Shown piece by piece: positions 27,537-37,449 of a DNA stretch of 62,839 nucleotides. The number at the start of each line of letters is the position of its first letter. Positions within the stretch are counted from its first letter, which is position 1. The notes under the pieces are model-generated. The model was not told the DNA's origin and ran no database searches. It was given only the letters and a program-made list of their open reading frames with translations. This stretch comes from Candidatus Gastranaerophilales bacterium (lineage in GTDB: Bacteria; Cyanobacteriota; Vampirovibrionia; Gastranaerophilales; Gastranaerophilaceae), in contig CALVAT010000001.1 in assembly GCA_944325565.1 (NCBI GenBank), positions 1 through 62,839 on the forward strand, written 5' to 3'. The position numbers and the translations under genes are program-made.

Positions 27537-29387
27537 ATGAGTGAAGGGTTAACATCAAAATTTTTAAAACAGGCTTTTCAGCTTCAAGAAGAAAAACACT
27601 ATAAACAGGCAATTGAAGCTTTATACAAAGCATTGTGTCTTGAAAGTGACAATATTGAAATATTATCTCAAATTTCACAGCTCTATTTTTTGATGAACAA
27701 CTTTGAAAGATCACTTGAATATGCGGAAAAAATACTTGATATAAACCCCGAACATATAGAAACACTTAAAATAGTTGTTAATATTAACAAGTATAATAAA
27801 AATTACGCTAAAGCACTGCAGTTTGCTGAAAAATTATATAAACTTTCACCGGAACTGGAAAATTTTATTACTTACCTTGAAATGCTAACAGAATGCAGCC
27901 AGTTTAATACTGTACTCACAGAGCTTGAACAGAGCAAACTAAATTACGAACAGAGAAAAAACGAAAAACTATTAATTATTGAAGGATATGCAAGATTAAA
28001 ACTCAATCAGATATTTAAAGCCATCGGCGTTTTTCAAGAGATTATAAAACTTTATCCGCACAACACAGATGCAAAATTTTACCTTGGAGTTATTTATTAT
28101 CAAAAACATCAGGATTCAGATGCAGAAAAACTTTTTAACAGCATACTCGATGAAATCCAATGCGACAGAACATATAACTATCTGGGATTATTAAAACTTG
28201 ACCAGAACAAAATAGCAGATGCAATAAATTATTTTCAATTTGCGATAAAAATAGAGCAAAATAATCCTTTTTATTATTACAATCTTGCTACAGCTTATTC
28301 TTTAAACGGATGGCTAATAGAGGCGGAAAATGCTTTTAAAACAGCGGTTTCTCTTGAACCTGACAACATAGTCTATAATTATTCACTTGCATATCTATAC
28401 TATGAACGTCAGGACACACAAAAGGCGTATGAAACTATTGAACATATCTTAAAACTAAATCCAGATTATACTGATGCTATCATTTTACAGGCACTAATCA
28501 AAGCTCAAACAGGCAAAATAGTAGAGGCAAAAAACACCTTACAACAGCTTACAGAAAAAATTAAAGACAATGATTTTCTCTACTACGCAACAGCTAAAAT
28601 ATACAAAGAGTTTCCGCTATATAAAGAGGCGATTGACTGTTTGCAAAAGGCTCTATTTATTAAACCTGATTCACTGGAATATTTAAGTGAACTTGCTGAT
28701 TGCTATTGTGAAATAGACCGATATCAGGAAGCAAAAGATATTGCAACAAAAGTTCTATATTTAAATAACAGATTTATATATGCACATTTGTTGATGGCAA
28801 AAATCAACCTTAAACAGCAAAGATTTAATGAAGCAGCCAAAATAATTGAAAATGTGATAAAACTAGACAGTAACTGCGCGGAAGCATATAGATACAAATC
28901 AATGATATATGAAGCTCAGGGACTTAAAAATCGTTCAATCGAAAATGCCAAAATAGCTGTTTCTTTACAACCGTCCAATCATTCATATTATGCATTTTTA
29001 GCAAAACTGTATTTTAATGCTCAAGAATATGAAAATGCTTTTTTATACTACAAAGAAGCATCAATGCTAGATGAATTAAATGTAGATTATCTTTACAATG
29101 CTGCTGTTGCTGCAGATAAAGCTAATGACTTCAATAATGCAGCTAATTATTACTCTTATGCATTAAGGTTAGAACCGTTCAACAACCTTATAATATACGA
29201 ATATGTTGACTTACTAAAACGTAATAACAAAATAAAACAGGCTCTAAACCTTCTAAAAAATAAAATAAATACGGTAGAATCCAACAATGTAGCTAAATTG
29301 CTGAAACAAAAATACAATGAACTCTTAGAAGAGTCTAAAAAGCCTATTTTACAAAAAATCAAAGATTTAATTACAAAGAAAAAATAA
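27537..29387 (+). CDS. Tetratricopeptide repeat protein (616 aa)
   Basis: Many 34-aa TPR units (A...Y...L.L.P.N). It is the last gene of the bamA-tonB-exbBD string. Confidence 0.75.
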   Translation: MSEGLTSKFLKQAFQLQEEKHYKQAIEALYKALCLESDNIEILSQISQLYFLMNNFERSLEYAEKILDINPEHIETLKIVVNINKYNKNYAKALQFAEKLYKLSPELENFITYLEMLTECSQFNTVLTELEQSKLNYEQRKNEKLLIIEGYARLKLNQIFKAIGVFQEIIKLYPHNTDAKFYLGVIYYQKHQDSDAEKLFNSILDEIQCDRTYNYLGLLKLDQNKIADAINYFQFAIKIEQNNPFYYYNLATAYSLNGWLIEAENAFKTAVSLEPDNIVYNYSLAYLYYERQDTQKAYETIEHILKLNPDYTDAIILQALIKAQTGKIVEAKNTLQQLTEKIKDNDFLYYATAKIYKEFPLYKEAIDCLQKALFIKPDSLEYLSELADCYCEIDRYQEAKDIATKVLYLNNRFIYAHLLMAKINLKQQRFNEAAKIIENVIKLDSNCAEAYRYKSMIYEAQGLKNRSIENAKIAVSLQPSNHSYYAFLAKLYFNAQEYENAFLYYKEASMLDELNVDYLYNAAVAADKANDFNNAANYYSYALRLEPFNNLIIYEYVDLLKRNNKIKQALNLLKNKINTVESNNVAKLLKQKYNELLEESKKPILQKIKDLITKKK

Positions 29388-29391
29388 GTTA

Positions 29392-29985
29392 TTACCAGTA
29401 ATCAGCGCCATATTTTTCCCAGGGTTTAATTTTATCTTTAATTAATTTTTTCATCTCACCTGCAGTTTTATCGCGTCCAGCAAGCATCTTATCCTCCGGT
29501 AAAAGCTCTAATTCAGCCAGATACTCTTTTAACTTGCGAACAGAAGCCTTAACACGTTCTCTCTGTTGAAATTGCCAACCTTTAAAACCACAGTCAGGGG
29601 CAAGAAGCGACCAGCCATTATGAGGTAAACGTCTGCAGCAGTCCGGACGCGTTTGATAAATCAAACAAAAATTATCATCCGTTAAATTCGGACAATAATA
29701 AAAAGTAAGCTTGGACTCATCCAGATCTGGATTATTTTTACGAAGATTATTTATTATATTTTCAACGTGATCAGGAACGGCAGCTTTAGCCTCTTCTACC
29801 GAATTATATCGTTTAAATATTTCAACAAAAACTCTTGCTTCTTCCTGTCCCTGACTAGCGAGTTCAATCAATTCTTCATAAGAATATAAAGTTGATATAG
29901 CTCTACAGCATTTGCCGCACATTTTACATAAATGCTGCGGTTTATCAGAAAAACTCTCATCACCATCAGAAATAACGATATCCAT
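29392..29985 (-). CDS. YkgJ-family cysteine-cluster protein (UPF0153)
   Basis: CKMCGKCC and C.IY..RP..CR motifs. The start is uncertain (ATG 29985 versus TTG 30024). Confidence 0.65.
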   Translation of the reverse strand: MDIVISDGDESFSDKPQHLCKMCGKCCRAISTLYSYEELIELASQGQEEARVFVEIFKRYNSVEEAKAAVPDHVENIINNLRKNNPDLDESKLTFYYCPNLTDDNFCLIYQTRPDCCRRLPHNGWSLLAPDCGFKGWQFQQRERVKASVRKLKEYLAELELLPEDKMLAGRDKTAGEMKKLIKDKIKPWEKYGADYW

Positions 29986-30114
29986 GCCATAATTATAAAT
30001 AAATAAACAATATTTTACAAACAAAAAAGCATATCAACTTTTCCTGCAATAGTTAAACAGAATAATTTTTACAATTTATTTTTTCTGTTTTTTGTAATCA
30101 TCAAGTTTATTGTC

Positions 30115-31095
30115 TTAATTGTATTTTCTATACATTTCATCAGCAATCTTTTGTAAATGTTCCTGATATTCTGAATTTTGGCGTGATTCCCGTTTTGAAT
30201 TTATTGCATTTACTAGATTAGATGACCCATCAGTATTCTGTAGTCCAATAAGTTTAGCAACAGCTTCCTCCGCTTTATCAAGAAATTCTTGCATCTTTAC
30301 GGGATCTGACTGATTTTGCATAGATTTAATAGCATTAACAGCATTAATATAATTTACATTATTTTGATATTTTGAGTTTAATAAAGATAAAAATTCCTCA
30401 TCAACCTCACCATTTAGCATTTGTCCGATAATATAATCAACTGTTTTATTTTTAAGCTCCTGAAATGCGTCAGGATCCATATAATTTCCAGTATTATTGG
30501 CCGATGAAAATAATGCCTCAAAATTTTCAGAAGCAGTTTTCTTTTCCTCTATAGAGTTATTAAAAGCATTTACACCCTCCTGACGTTCAGCAAACGCAGT
30601 ATCCATTGTTTTAATATAAGATGCAGATACAACTTCCATATCATAAGGTCCCTCAGGATGTTGTTGTAAATATTCATTTAAAAATTCTGTTTTTTGTTTT
30701 TTTAAATAGCTGACAATTGCTGCCGCCTCAGAAGTACCTGTAACACCTGCCTCATCAAGTAATTTTTCTATATACTGGCTTTCAATTTTTGTCAAATATT
30801 GCTCGAGTTCTTCCCTGCTATTGGCTGTACTTTCTGCACCGTTATTCAGTGCTGCATTATAAATAGAAACACCTCTGCTATCTAATTCTTGAGCAGATTC
30901 ATAAGTCACGTCCTCTTGAGCACTTTCATCAATTTGAACCTCACCTTCATCGTCCTTTTCTGAAGCAATCCAACTCATATTAGCATTAAACTCTTCATAA
31001 GAAACAATACCATCTTTATTCTCATCCAGTTTTTGGATTTCCTCCGCAGTTAAATACTGTTTTGTGAAAGGATTATAATTTACGCCATCAACCAT
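30115..31095 (-). CDS. Acidic hypothetical protein with N-terminal EF-hand-like loop
   Basis: DENKDGIVSYEEF fits the 12-residue Ca-binding loop pattern. The rest is helical and acidic. Confidence 0.55.
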   Translation of the reverse strand: MVDGVNYNPFTKQYLTAEEIQKLDENKDGIVSYEEFNANMSWIASEKDDEGEVQIDESAQEDVTYESAQELDSRGVSIYNAALNNGAESTANSREELEQYLTKIESQYIEKLLDEAGVTGTSEAAAIVSYLKKQKTEFLNEYLQQHPEGPYDMEVVSASYIKTMDTAFAERQEGVNAFNNSIEEKKTASENFEALFSSANNTGNYMDPDAFQELKNKTVDYIIGQMLNGEVDEEFLSLLNSKYQNNVNYINAVNAIKSMQNQSDPVKMQEFLDKAEEAVAKLIGLQNTDGSSNLVNAINSKRESRQNSEYQEHLQKIADEMYRKYN

Positions 31096-31263
31096 GAGTT
31101 TTTACTCCTTATAATTCCCTGTATAATTCAATCATCGACAGTTTTATTTTTAACTTTAGAAAAATAAAATATTTATTAAGATTTTGTTACAAAATAACAA
31201 AAAATAGCATTTTTACAGCTTCAAATGCGTTTATATAATTGCAAAGAAGTGTAAGGTGAATGT

Positions 31264-32013
31264 ATGCAAAATTATACGGTAGGCTACCAACCATATACCC
31301 AAATTCAAAATACGCCCGCACCTGTGACAGGCACAACTTCTGGTGCAACTTTCAACATAGGTACAGGAACCCCAGGTAGTATACCAACAAATGCAAGTGG
31401 AGTAACAATAAATATAATAGGAGCCTCAGTAAATCCAAATGGTGCTAATATATACAACAACAATGGTTCAACACAAGCTCCATCACCAACCAATGCTTAT
31501 GACAAATCTTATTACACAATGCCGACACCGCCTTACAATATGCCGGCCCCAACAGTACCTGTCGCAGCCTCAGGTTTGAATGGTGATAACACAAAGACTG
31601 AAGAAAAGCCAAAAAAAGATATTGTATTATTAACAGATGACTATATAAAAACCCTGGAAAATTACATAAGAAACGACAATCCAGAAATAAAATTAATGGG
31701 TGCAAAGGAACTTATGAATCGATTTAAAGAAGACTCATCGAGAAAAAATGATCCGGCATTAACTGCACTTTTAAACTTATTGCTTCAAAGCAAATACTCA
31801 AATGTCAAAATGATAGGTACAACAATACTTGAAAACGGATGGGCACAGGGAGATGCACTCACACAGCAGCTTTTAGCCCAGATGCAGCAATCAAATACAG
31901 GATATGGACTGGATGCAATAGATGCCGCAAATGCAGCATTAAAAACAGCAGGCCAAACTGTCAAAGTAGACGATCCCAATCCACCAAAAAAAGAAAAAAC
32001 AGACAAAAAATAA
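31264..32013 (+). CDS. Hypothetical protein (low-complexity N-half, HEAT/ARM-like C-half)
   Basis: 249-aa ORF with RBS AAGGTG. The N-terminus is T/G/N/P-rich. Confidence 0.5.
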   Translation: MQNYTVGYQPYTQIQNTPAPVTGTTSGATFNIGTGTPGSIPTNASGVTINIIGASVNPNGANIYNNNGSTQAPSPTNAYDKSYYTMPTPPYNMPAPTVPVAASGLNGDNTKTEEKPKKDIVLLTDDYIKTLENYIRNDNPEIKLMGAKELMNRFKEDSSRKNDPALTALLNLLLQSKYSNVKMIGTTILENGWAQGDALTQQLLAQMQQSNTGYGLDAIDAANAALKTAGQTVKVDDPNPPKKEKTDKK

Positions 32014-32028
32014 AAAGCAGGTTTATGT

Positions 32029-32466
32029 ATGAATAAATGGAACATTGCAGCAAAAGTTGCAGGAACAATCACAGCAGGCATGGTTTTATATAATGCACAC
32101 GATGTTGGAAAAAAACATGCCGAAGAAGCAGTAAAAGAAAAAACTGCCGCAAGACTTACTAATATCTATATGCGCTCCAGAAGAATGGAAGACCTGAGCG
32201 AATCAACAAGCAGACTAAAAGACTGGTATTTTAAAAGCAATGTTGATTGGAATCTTCCTGATAAGATTAATGCAGCCAAGGGATATTTTTCAGGTGCATT
32301 TGAACAAATGACATCCGACATTGTACCAGCCATATTAGCAACAGGAGCATTGCTCAGCAAAAAACTTGCAAAAGTATTCTCCGTAGGTATGTTACTGTAT
32401 GGTATAAAGTATCTTTTATTTGATGTAATAGATATAGGACGTCCAAACCACCTTAAGGGCGAATAA
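32029..32466 (+). CDS. Hypothetical membrane protein
   Basis: 145-aa ORF 15 nt after the previous gene with hydrophobic segments at both ends. Confidence 0.5.
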   Translation: MNKWNIAAKVAGTITAGMVLYNAHDVGKKHAEEAVKEKTAARLTNIYMRSRRMEDLSESTSRLKDWYFKSNVDWNLPDKINAAKGYFSGAFEQMTSDIVPAILATGALLSKKLAKVFSVGMLLYGIKYLLFDVIDIGRPNHLKGE

Positions 32467-32995
32467 TATCATTTTCTGTTATTAAATAATTAACTTTTAT
32501 ATCGTGAGATTCAGCAGGAATTTTTTTAAAACATAACTTTGAACACACAGGTACTGCCGACACCAAAGAAGGATATTTAGACAAAAATTTGTCATAATAC
32601 CCTTTTCCGTACCCAAGACGATTTCCTTGCAAATCAACAGCAAGTGCGGGAACGAAAACTAAATCCAAAAAAGAACATTCATCCAATCTAACACCGTCGG
32701 GCTCCATAATGTCGTATTTACCGCTTATAAAACAATCAGACGATTCATAACACGCAACCGACAAATCATCACCAGTTACACATGGAAAATAAAAATTTTT
32801 ACCATTAATATTTAACAATTCCAACAAGGACAACTCCGAGCCTATAGGATAAAAAAGCATAATATTTCTTGCATTGTTAAATACATCCCATTTTTTAATA
32901 AGACCACATATTTTCCCTGAAACAGAGCGTGTATCTATTGTATTTCTAATGGTTTTACATTTTTTACGAAGTATTAATTTCTCACTGCAGCTCAT
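32453..32995 (-). CDS. 5-formyltetrahydrofolate cyclo-ligase
   Basis: LVFVPALAVD..G.RLGYGKGYYDKFL is the MTHFS family signature. Confidence 0.8.
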   Translation of the reverse strand: MSCSEKLILRKKCKTIRNTIDTRSVSGKICGLIKKWDVFNNARNIMLFYPIGSELSLLELLNINGKNFYFPCVTGDDLSVACYESSDCFISGKYDIMEPDGVRLDECSFLDLVFVPALAVDLQGNRLGYGKGYYDKFLSKYPSLVSAVPVCSKLCFKKIPAESHDIKVNYLITENDIIRP

Positions 32996-33094
32996 AACTT
33001 AAAATTATATACTAATATATCATAAATCGGATTATATATCTTTACACCTATGTAATTTACTATTATAATATAGCAAATTAAATGATTTAAATAA

Positions 33095-33445
33095 ATGAAC
33101 AGAAAAGAATTAAGCAAAAAGTTAAAAAAAGCAAGAATTGAATCCGGTCTAAAACAAGAAGAAATAGCAGAACTTATGAATCTGCCTATTTCTGGTATCT
33201 CTGTGATTGAAAAAGGAAACAGAAAAGTCGATGTTCTGGAATTAATCAAGTTTGCAGAATTTTATTCAAAGCCTGTTGAGTGGTTTTTTAGAGATGACAC
33301 CCAAACAAACTACAGAAGATGGTATGATAAAGATGACAAACTGGCAGAAGCTTTTGAATTGTTACAAAAAGCTCCAGTAAAATACCAAAAAAGCTGTGCT
33401 TGTGCAATAATAGGTTTTTTGAAGGAAAGCGGACTTGTTAAGTAA
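33095..33445 (+). CDS. XRE-family HTH transcriptional regulator
   Basis: LKKARIESGLKQEEIAELMNLPISGISVIEKGNRKV. Its stop overlaps the next start (TAATG). Confidence 0.75.
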   Translation: MNRKELSKKLKKARIESGLKQEEIAELMNLPISGISVIEKGNRKVDVLELIKFAEFYSKPVEWFFRDDTQTNYRRWYDKDDKLAEAFELLQKAPVKYQKSCACAIIGFLKESGLVK

Positions 33446-34029
33446 TGAACACACCTGATTACGACAACACAAAACTGTACAACCCTGAATTTTCTAAACA
33501 TGGATATATTCAGGTTTATACCGGCAACGGAAAGGGTAAAACAACTGCATCGCTTGGACTTGCAATGAGAGCTCTCGGCAGAGGGTGGAGAGTACTTATT
33601 GTTATGTTTACCAAAGGGGGCAATGATTATGGAGAACTTATCTCATTTTCTCAGCTCTGCCCCGGAATGAAAGACAATGTTAAAATTATTCAAGCAGGCT
33701 TAGACAGGATTGTTTACTCACAAAATGTCAACGAAAAGGACAGAGAAATTATTCAAAAAGGATGGCAAACAGCAAAAAACGCTATTCAAAACGATGAATA
33801 TCAGCTTATAATACTGGATGAAGCAAATATCGCAATAGATTTACAATGCATAAACCTTGAAGATATGCTTGAAACACTCAAAAACAAACCTGAAGATATG
33901 GAAATTGTACTAACCGGACGCAATGCTAAACAAGAAATCATAGATCTGGCTGATCTCGTTTCCGAAATAAATCCTATAAAACATTACTGGGATAAGGGAA
34001 TAAGAGCACGCAAAGGGATAGAATTTTAA
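33445..34029 (+). CDS. cobO: Cob(I)yrinic acid a,c-diamide (corrinoid) adenosyltransferase, CobA/CobO/BtuR family
   Basis: G.IQVYTGNGKGKTTA..G.A.RA.G.G..V...QF.KG and ILDE blocks. Confidence 0.8.
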   Translation: MNTPDYDNTKLYNPEFSKHGYIQVYTGNGKGKTTASLGLAMRALGRGWRVLIVMFTKGGNDYGELISFSQLCPGMKDNVKIIQAGLDRIVYSQNVNEKDREIIQKGWQTAKNAIQNDEYQLIILDEANIAIDLQCINLEDMLETLKNKPEDMEIVLTGRNAKQEIIDLADLVSEINPIKHYWDKGIRARKGIEF

Positions 34030-34100
34030 TATTTGATATTGCTATTTTATGAGTTTTGACATAAATTATATATATAATAAGAGGATGAAGGAGAAATAAT

Positions 34101-34355
34101 ATGGCACAGCAATTTCCCCAGCAACAATATAAAACAAGATTAGCATTACTGGTATTTTTAAAGGGAACATCAGCCCCAATGGTATTATATTTTGAAGATC
34201 CTAAAGCTGTATACGACGAAATTTTACCTTTAATAAGAACACAAACAGCTGTAGGCAAACTAATCGAAAAAGATGCAACAGGCCCGATTAAAAAAGTGGC
34301 AATTATGTCCAATCAAATCGCCTCTATTGCTTTACAAGAAGAAGTTTGTCAGTAA
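34101..34355 (+). CDS. Hypothetical small protein (84 aa)
   Basis: RBS GAAGGAG upstream. It lies 16 nt upstream of the 716-aa ORF. Confidence 0.5.
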   Translation: MAQQFPQQQYKTRLALLVFLKGTSAPMVLYFEDPKAVYDEILPLIRTQTAVGKLIEKDATGPIKKVAIMSNQIASIALQEEVCQ

Positions 34356-34371
34356 CAAAAACGGTAATTAA

Positions 34372-36522
34372 ATGAAACTAATCGAAATAAAAAACAGTTT
34401 AGCAAAATTATATTACGAACCGCTTGATTTTCCGCTTGTTATATCTGATTTTTTAACAATAGATGACGGAAATCAAAAAATTCTTGCTCAGGTTGTTTCC
34501 ATAGAATCAACCAGCAAAGAAGACACAAACTGTGCCATTTTGAAATTTTCGCTTGATTTAGATGAAGCAAACAAACACAGCACATATAGCGGTTATGTTC
34601 CGGCACTTGATGCAATAGTTTCAAGAACAAAAACTAATATACTTCAAGACATATTTTCATCCTCTAATAACGCAATAAATGTGGGAGTTTTAACCAATTC
34701 CTCTAAAATAGAGCTTGATTTGTCATCTGATATATTAAGTAAATTTTTATATATACAATCAGACAGACAGGAAGAAACAACAAATGTTTTAAACACGCTA
34801 TTAGATTACAACCTCTCTGTAAACAAAAAAACACTTATCATAAAATTTCATGATATAGAGGTATACACGAGTGATAATACCGTTGTTTTTGGCAAAGATT
34901 TAAAACTTCCTGTCAATAACGCAACACTCAACTACATATATGAAAACGACCTGACCGGATTAACAGTTGAACAAAAAGCAATCGTACAGGATATACTTCT
35001 CGAAATTGAAGAATATATCAACACTCTAGAGGATGGCTTTATTCCTTTTAACACACTTTTAGATGTCGTAAATAGCGTATATGAGTCTGACAAATCAACA
35101 GGTGTAATTCTATTTAGAAATAAACTCTTAAAGTACAAACAGCTTGATATATTTGCCTCAACATTAGAAGAAATCAATGCTCTTTATGATTCACTAAAAA
35201 CACATGCGGTAACAGAGCTTGATTTATCAAACCATGATGCAAACTGGACAAAAGAGGCATTGAATTTTGCAATGCAAAATATTGATGAAAATTTCCAGAT
35301 AATCATGCAAATTGATGATGATTTTGTTGAAGAACAACACATCAATTCACTGTACAAAAATGAACAAATAAGCCCAATTGTTGCATCCAGCTACGAGTCA
35401 GCTCTTGCACCAAAAATAAAGTCATTTGCAAAGAATCTTATACTATTCAAACCGGAAAAACAACAAAAGGCTGCAGCAAGTTATAACTCATTCTTAATGA
35501 AACTTGCTCCTGCAGAATTTATTATATCAGGTGAAACAACATACTATACACCGTTAATCGTAAAAGAACTACCGGTAAAAATAATACCCAAAAATATAAT
35601 TGAGCCACAGATTGTACAACCTAGCTCAACAGTCTCAAATGAAGCAGATATTATTGAAGAACCGGAAGAAGTAGTATTACCGGAAGAAAACAGTGACTCA
35701 ATAAGTGAATTATCAGACTTTGAAGATACAGAAAACATTGAAGAGCTCCCATTTTTAGCAGAGGAAAAAGATTCTGAAGAAAATAGCGAAATCAAAAACA
35801 TTTTTGATGAATCAGTTGAAGAAGAAATAGCTAAAGATGTAGATAAAATGTTTACAGCAACTGGCCCCGAGCTAGAAGAGATTCCAGACGCAGAACTTGA
35901 TGAGCTAATTGAATCTGATGACAGTATTCTTCAAGAAGAACCCGAACAGAGTGCAGATGAAGAATTAATGTCTGACGACGATTTAGATATTCTTGAACAA
36001 CTCAGCGACAATGATGATTTAAAATTTGCGGACAATTCAGAAGTTGATGTACAACCGTCTGATAATATCGATACAACAATTCAAGAAGATACAAGTTTCT
36101 TACAGCAAGAACAAGAGTCCGCTGAACACGAGCTTATTTCAGAAGATGAGGATACTCTTGAAGAACTCGAACCACTCGAAGATTTAGAAGATTCTGGTTC
36201 AGGACTTTTAGGTGGACCGGAGCCTTTATCATTAGATTTACCTGAAGAAGCACCAACCCAAAAAGAAATTTTTGAAAGTCTTACAGAGAACAATTCTCTA
36301 CCAGGGGTACCTATCTATCAAACACCACAACCCTCGGCCTCTGCTAAATCAAGCGATGGTATGAATATAACAGAGGGGAATATTGTTTATCACGAAAAAT
36401 ACGGAAGAGGCGTAGTAGAAGAACTGTTTAATTACGGAAAGAGAACCCTTTGTTCAATACAGTTTGACAATGTTGGTAGAAGACTTCTTGATCCTAACCT
36501 TGCCGAACTTAAACAAATGTAG
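34372..36522 (+). CDS. Large hypothetical protein: barrel-like N-terminus, ~250-aa poly-acidic region, Tudor/UvrD-C-tail-like C-terminus
   Basis: No Walker A motif seen. The C-terminus GNIVYHEKYGRGVVEEL...IQFDNVGRRLLDPNLAELK resembles the short C-terminal domain of UvrD/PcrA-type helicases. Confidence 0.55.
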   Translation: MKLIEIKNSLAKLYYEPLDFPLVISDFLTIDDGNQKILAQVVSIESTSKEDTNCAILKFSLDLDEANKHSTYSGYVPALDAIVSRTKTNILQDIFSSSNNAINVGVLTNSSKIELDLSSDILSKFLYIQSDRQEETTNVLNTLLDYNLSVNKKTLIIKFHDIEVYTSDNTVVFGKDLKLPVNNATLNYIYENDLTGLTVEQKAIVQDILLEIEEYINTLEDGFIPFNTLLDVVNSVYESDKSTGVILFRNKLLKYKQLDIFASTLEEINALYDSLKTHAVTELDLSNHDANWTKEALNFAMQNIDENFQIIMQIDDDFVEEQHINSLYKNEQISPIVASSYESALAPKIKSFAKNLILFKPEKQQKAAASYNSFLMKLAPAEFIISGETTYYTPLIVKELPVKIIPKNIIEPQIVQPSSTVSNEADIIEEPEEVVLPEENSDSISELSDFEDTENIEELPFLAEEKDSEENSEIKNIFDESVEEEIAKDVDKMFTATGPELEEIPDAELDELIESDDSILQEEPEQSADEELMSDDDLDILEQLSDNDDLKFADNSEVDVQPSDNIDTTIQEDTSFLQQEQESAEHELISEDEDTLEELEPLEDLEDSGSGLLGGPEPLSLDLPEEAPTQKEIFESLTENNSLPGVPIYQTPQPSASAKSSDGMNITEGNIVYHEKYGRGVVEELFNYGKRTLCSIQFDNVGRRLLDPNLAELKQM

Positions 36523-36592
36523 TCAATTTAACGGATAGACGCACATTATTTAATATGATAAATTTATATTGAATAAAATTGGAAGTTGCCAG

Positions 36593-37084
36593 ATGAATCC
36601 TTATTTAAAACAATACAGACAGACGCAAATTGAAACAGCACCAAAAGAAGAAATTCTTCTAATGTTATATGATGGAGCTGTACGTTTTTTGCTACAGGCA
36701 AAAGAAGGTTTTGCAGAAAAAAATATAGAAAAACAGCATAACAACATAATTAAAGTTCAAAATATTATTACAGAGTTTGAATCAACACTGGATATGGAAG
36801 CCGGTGGTGAATTTGCTAAAAATCTGTTTAATTTATACGAATTTATGAGCGCTCAGCTATTGATAGCCAACGTTAAAAAAGACGAAAGGGCGCTTGATAT
36901 AGTAATAAAACACATGACTTCTCTAAGAGATACCTGGAGAGAAGCAATAAAGAATTTCAAAGCATCAGGACAATCACTAAGTCAAAATGAAGTTGACAAA
37001 TATCAATCTGCCGATGATGACAGTATTGACAGTGATGAAGAGGACGATGACGACGATAATACAATTGGGGAATACATACTATGA
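36593..37084 (+). CDS. fliS: Flagellar export chaperone FliS
   Basis: NPY..Y....I.TA.KEE.LLMLYDGA.RFL matches the FliS N-terminal signature. There is an Asp-rich tail. ATG 36593 is preferred to TTG 36569. Confidence 0.85.
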   Translation: MNPYLKQYRQTQIETAPKEEILLMLYDGAVRFLLQAKEGFAEKNIEKQHNNIIKVQNIITEFESTLDMEAGGEFAKNLFNLYEFMSAQLLIANVKKDERALDIVIKHMTSLRDTWREAIKNFKASGQSLSQNEVDKYQSADDDSIDSDEEDDDDDNTIGEYIL

Positions 37085-37449
37085 GTTTAGATTTAGATAA
37101 TCTTGAAATAATTTATGAACGATACTATGAAATATCACTTCAAATAAAAGAACTAATAGAACGCGGACTATATGGAGAACTGGCTGCATTTATAAGTAAA
37201 AAAGAAATGATATTTCAAGAAGCAAAAACACTTGCTGAAAGAATACAACAAACTCACGAAGACGCAAGCAGACTTACAGAGTTATGCAGAAAAATTCATA
37301 ATGTGGAAAAAGCTAATATAGAAGCTCTTACTAAAATCAGAGATAATCTTAAAAGTGAATTACAAATAGTAAATAAAAATACAAAACTTGCTAATGCTTA
37401 TGCATTTTCGGCGCAAAAAAACGGAAGTATTCTGGATTTTTCTGAATGA
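37081..37449 (+). CDS. Hypothetical helical protein, possibly FliT/FlgN-like chaperone (position-based)
   Basis: ATGA overlap with the fliS stop; all-helical 122 aa. No sequence motif was recognised. Confidence 0.4.
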   Translation: MSLDLDNLEIIYERYYEISLQIKELIERGLYGELAAFISKKEMIFQEAKTLAERIQQTHEDASRLTELCRKIHNVEKANIEALTKIRDNLKSELQIVNKNTKLANAYAFSAQKNGSILDFSE

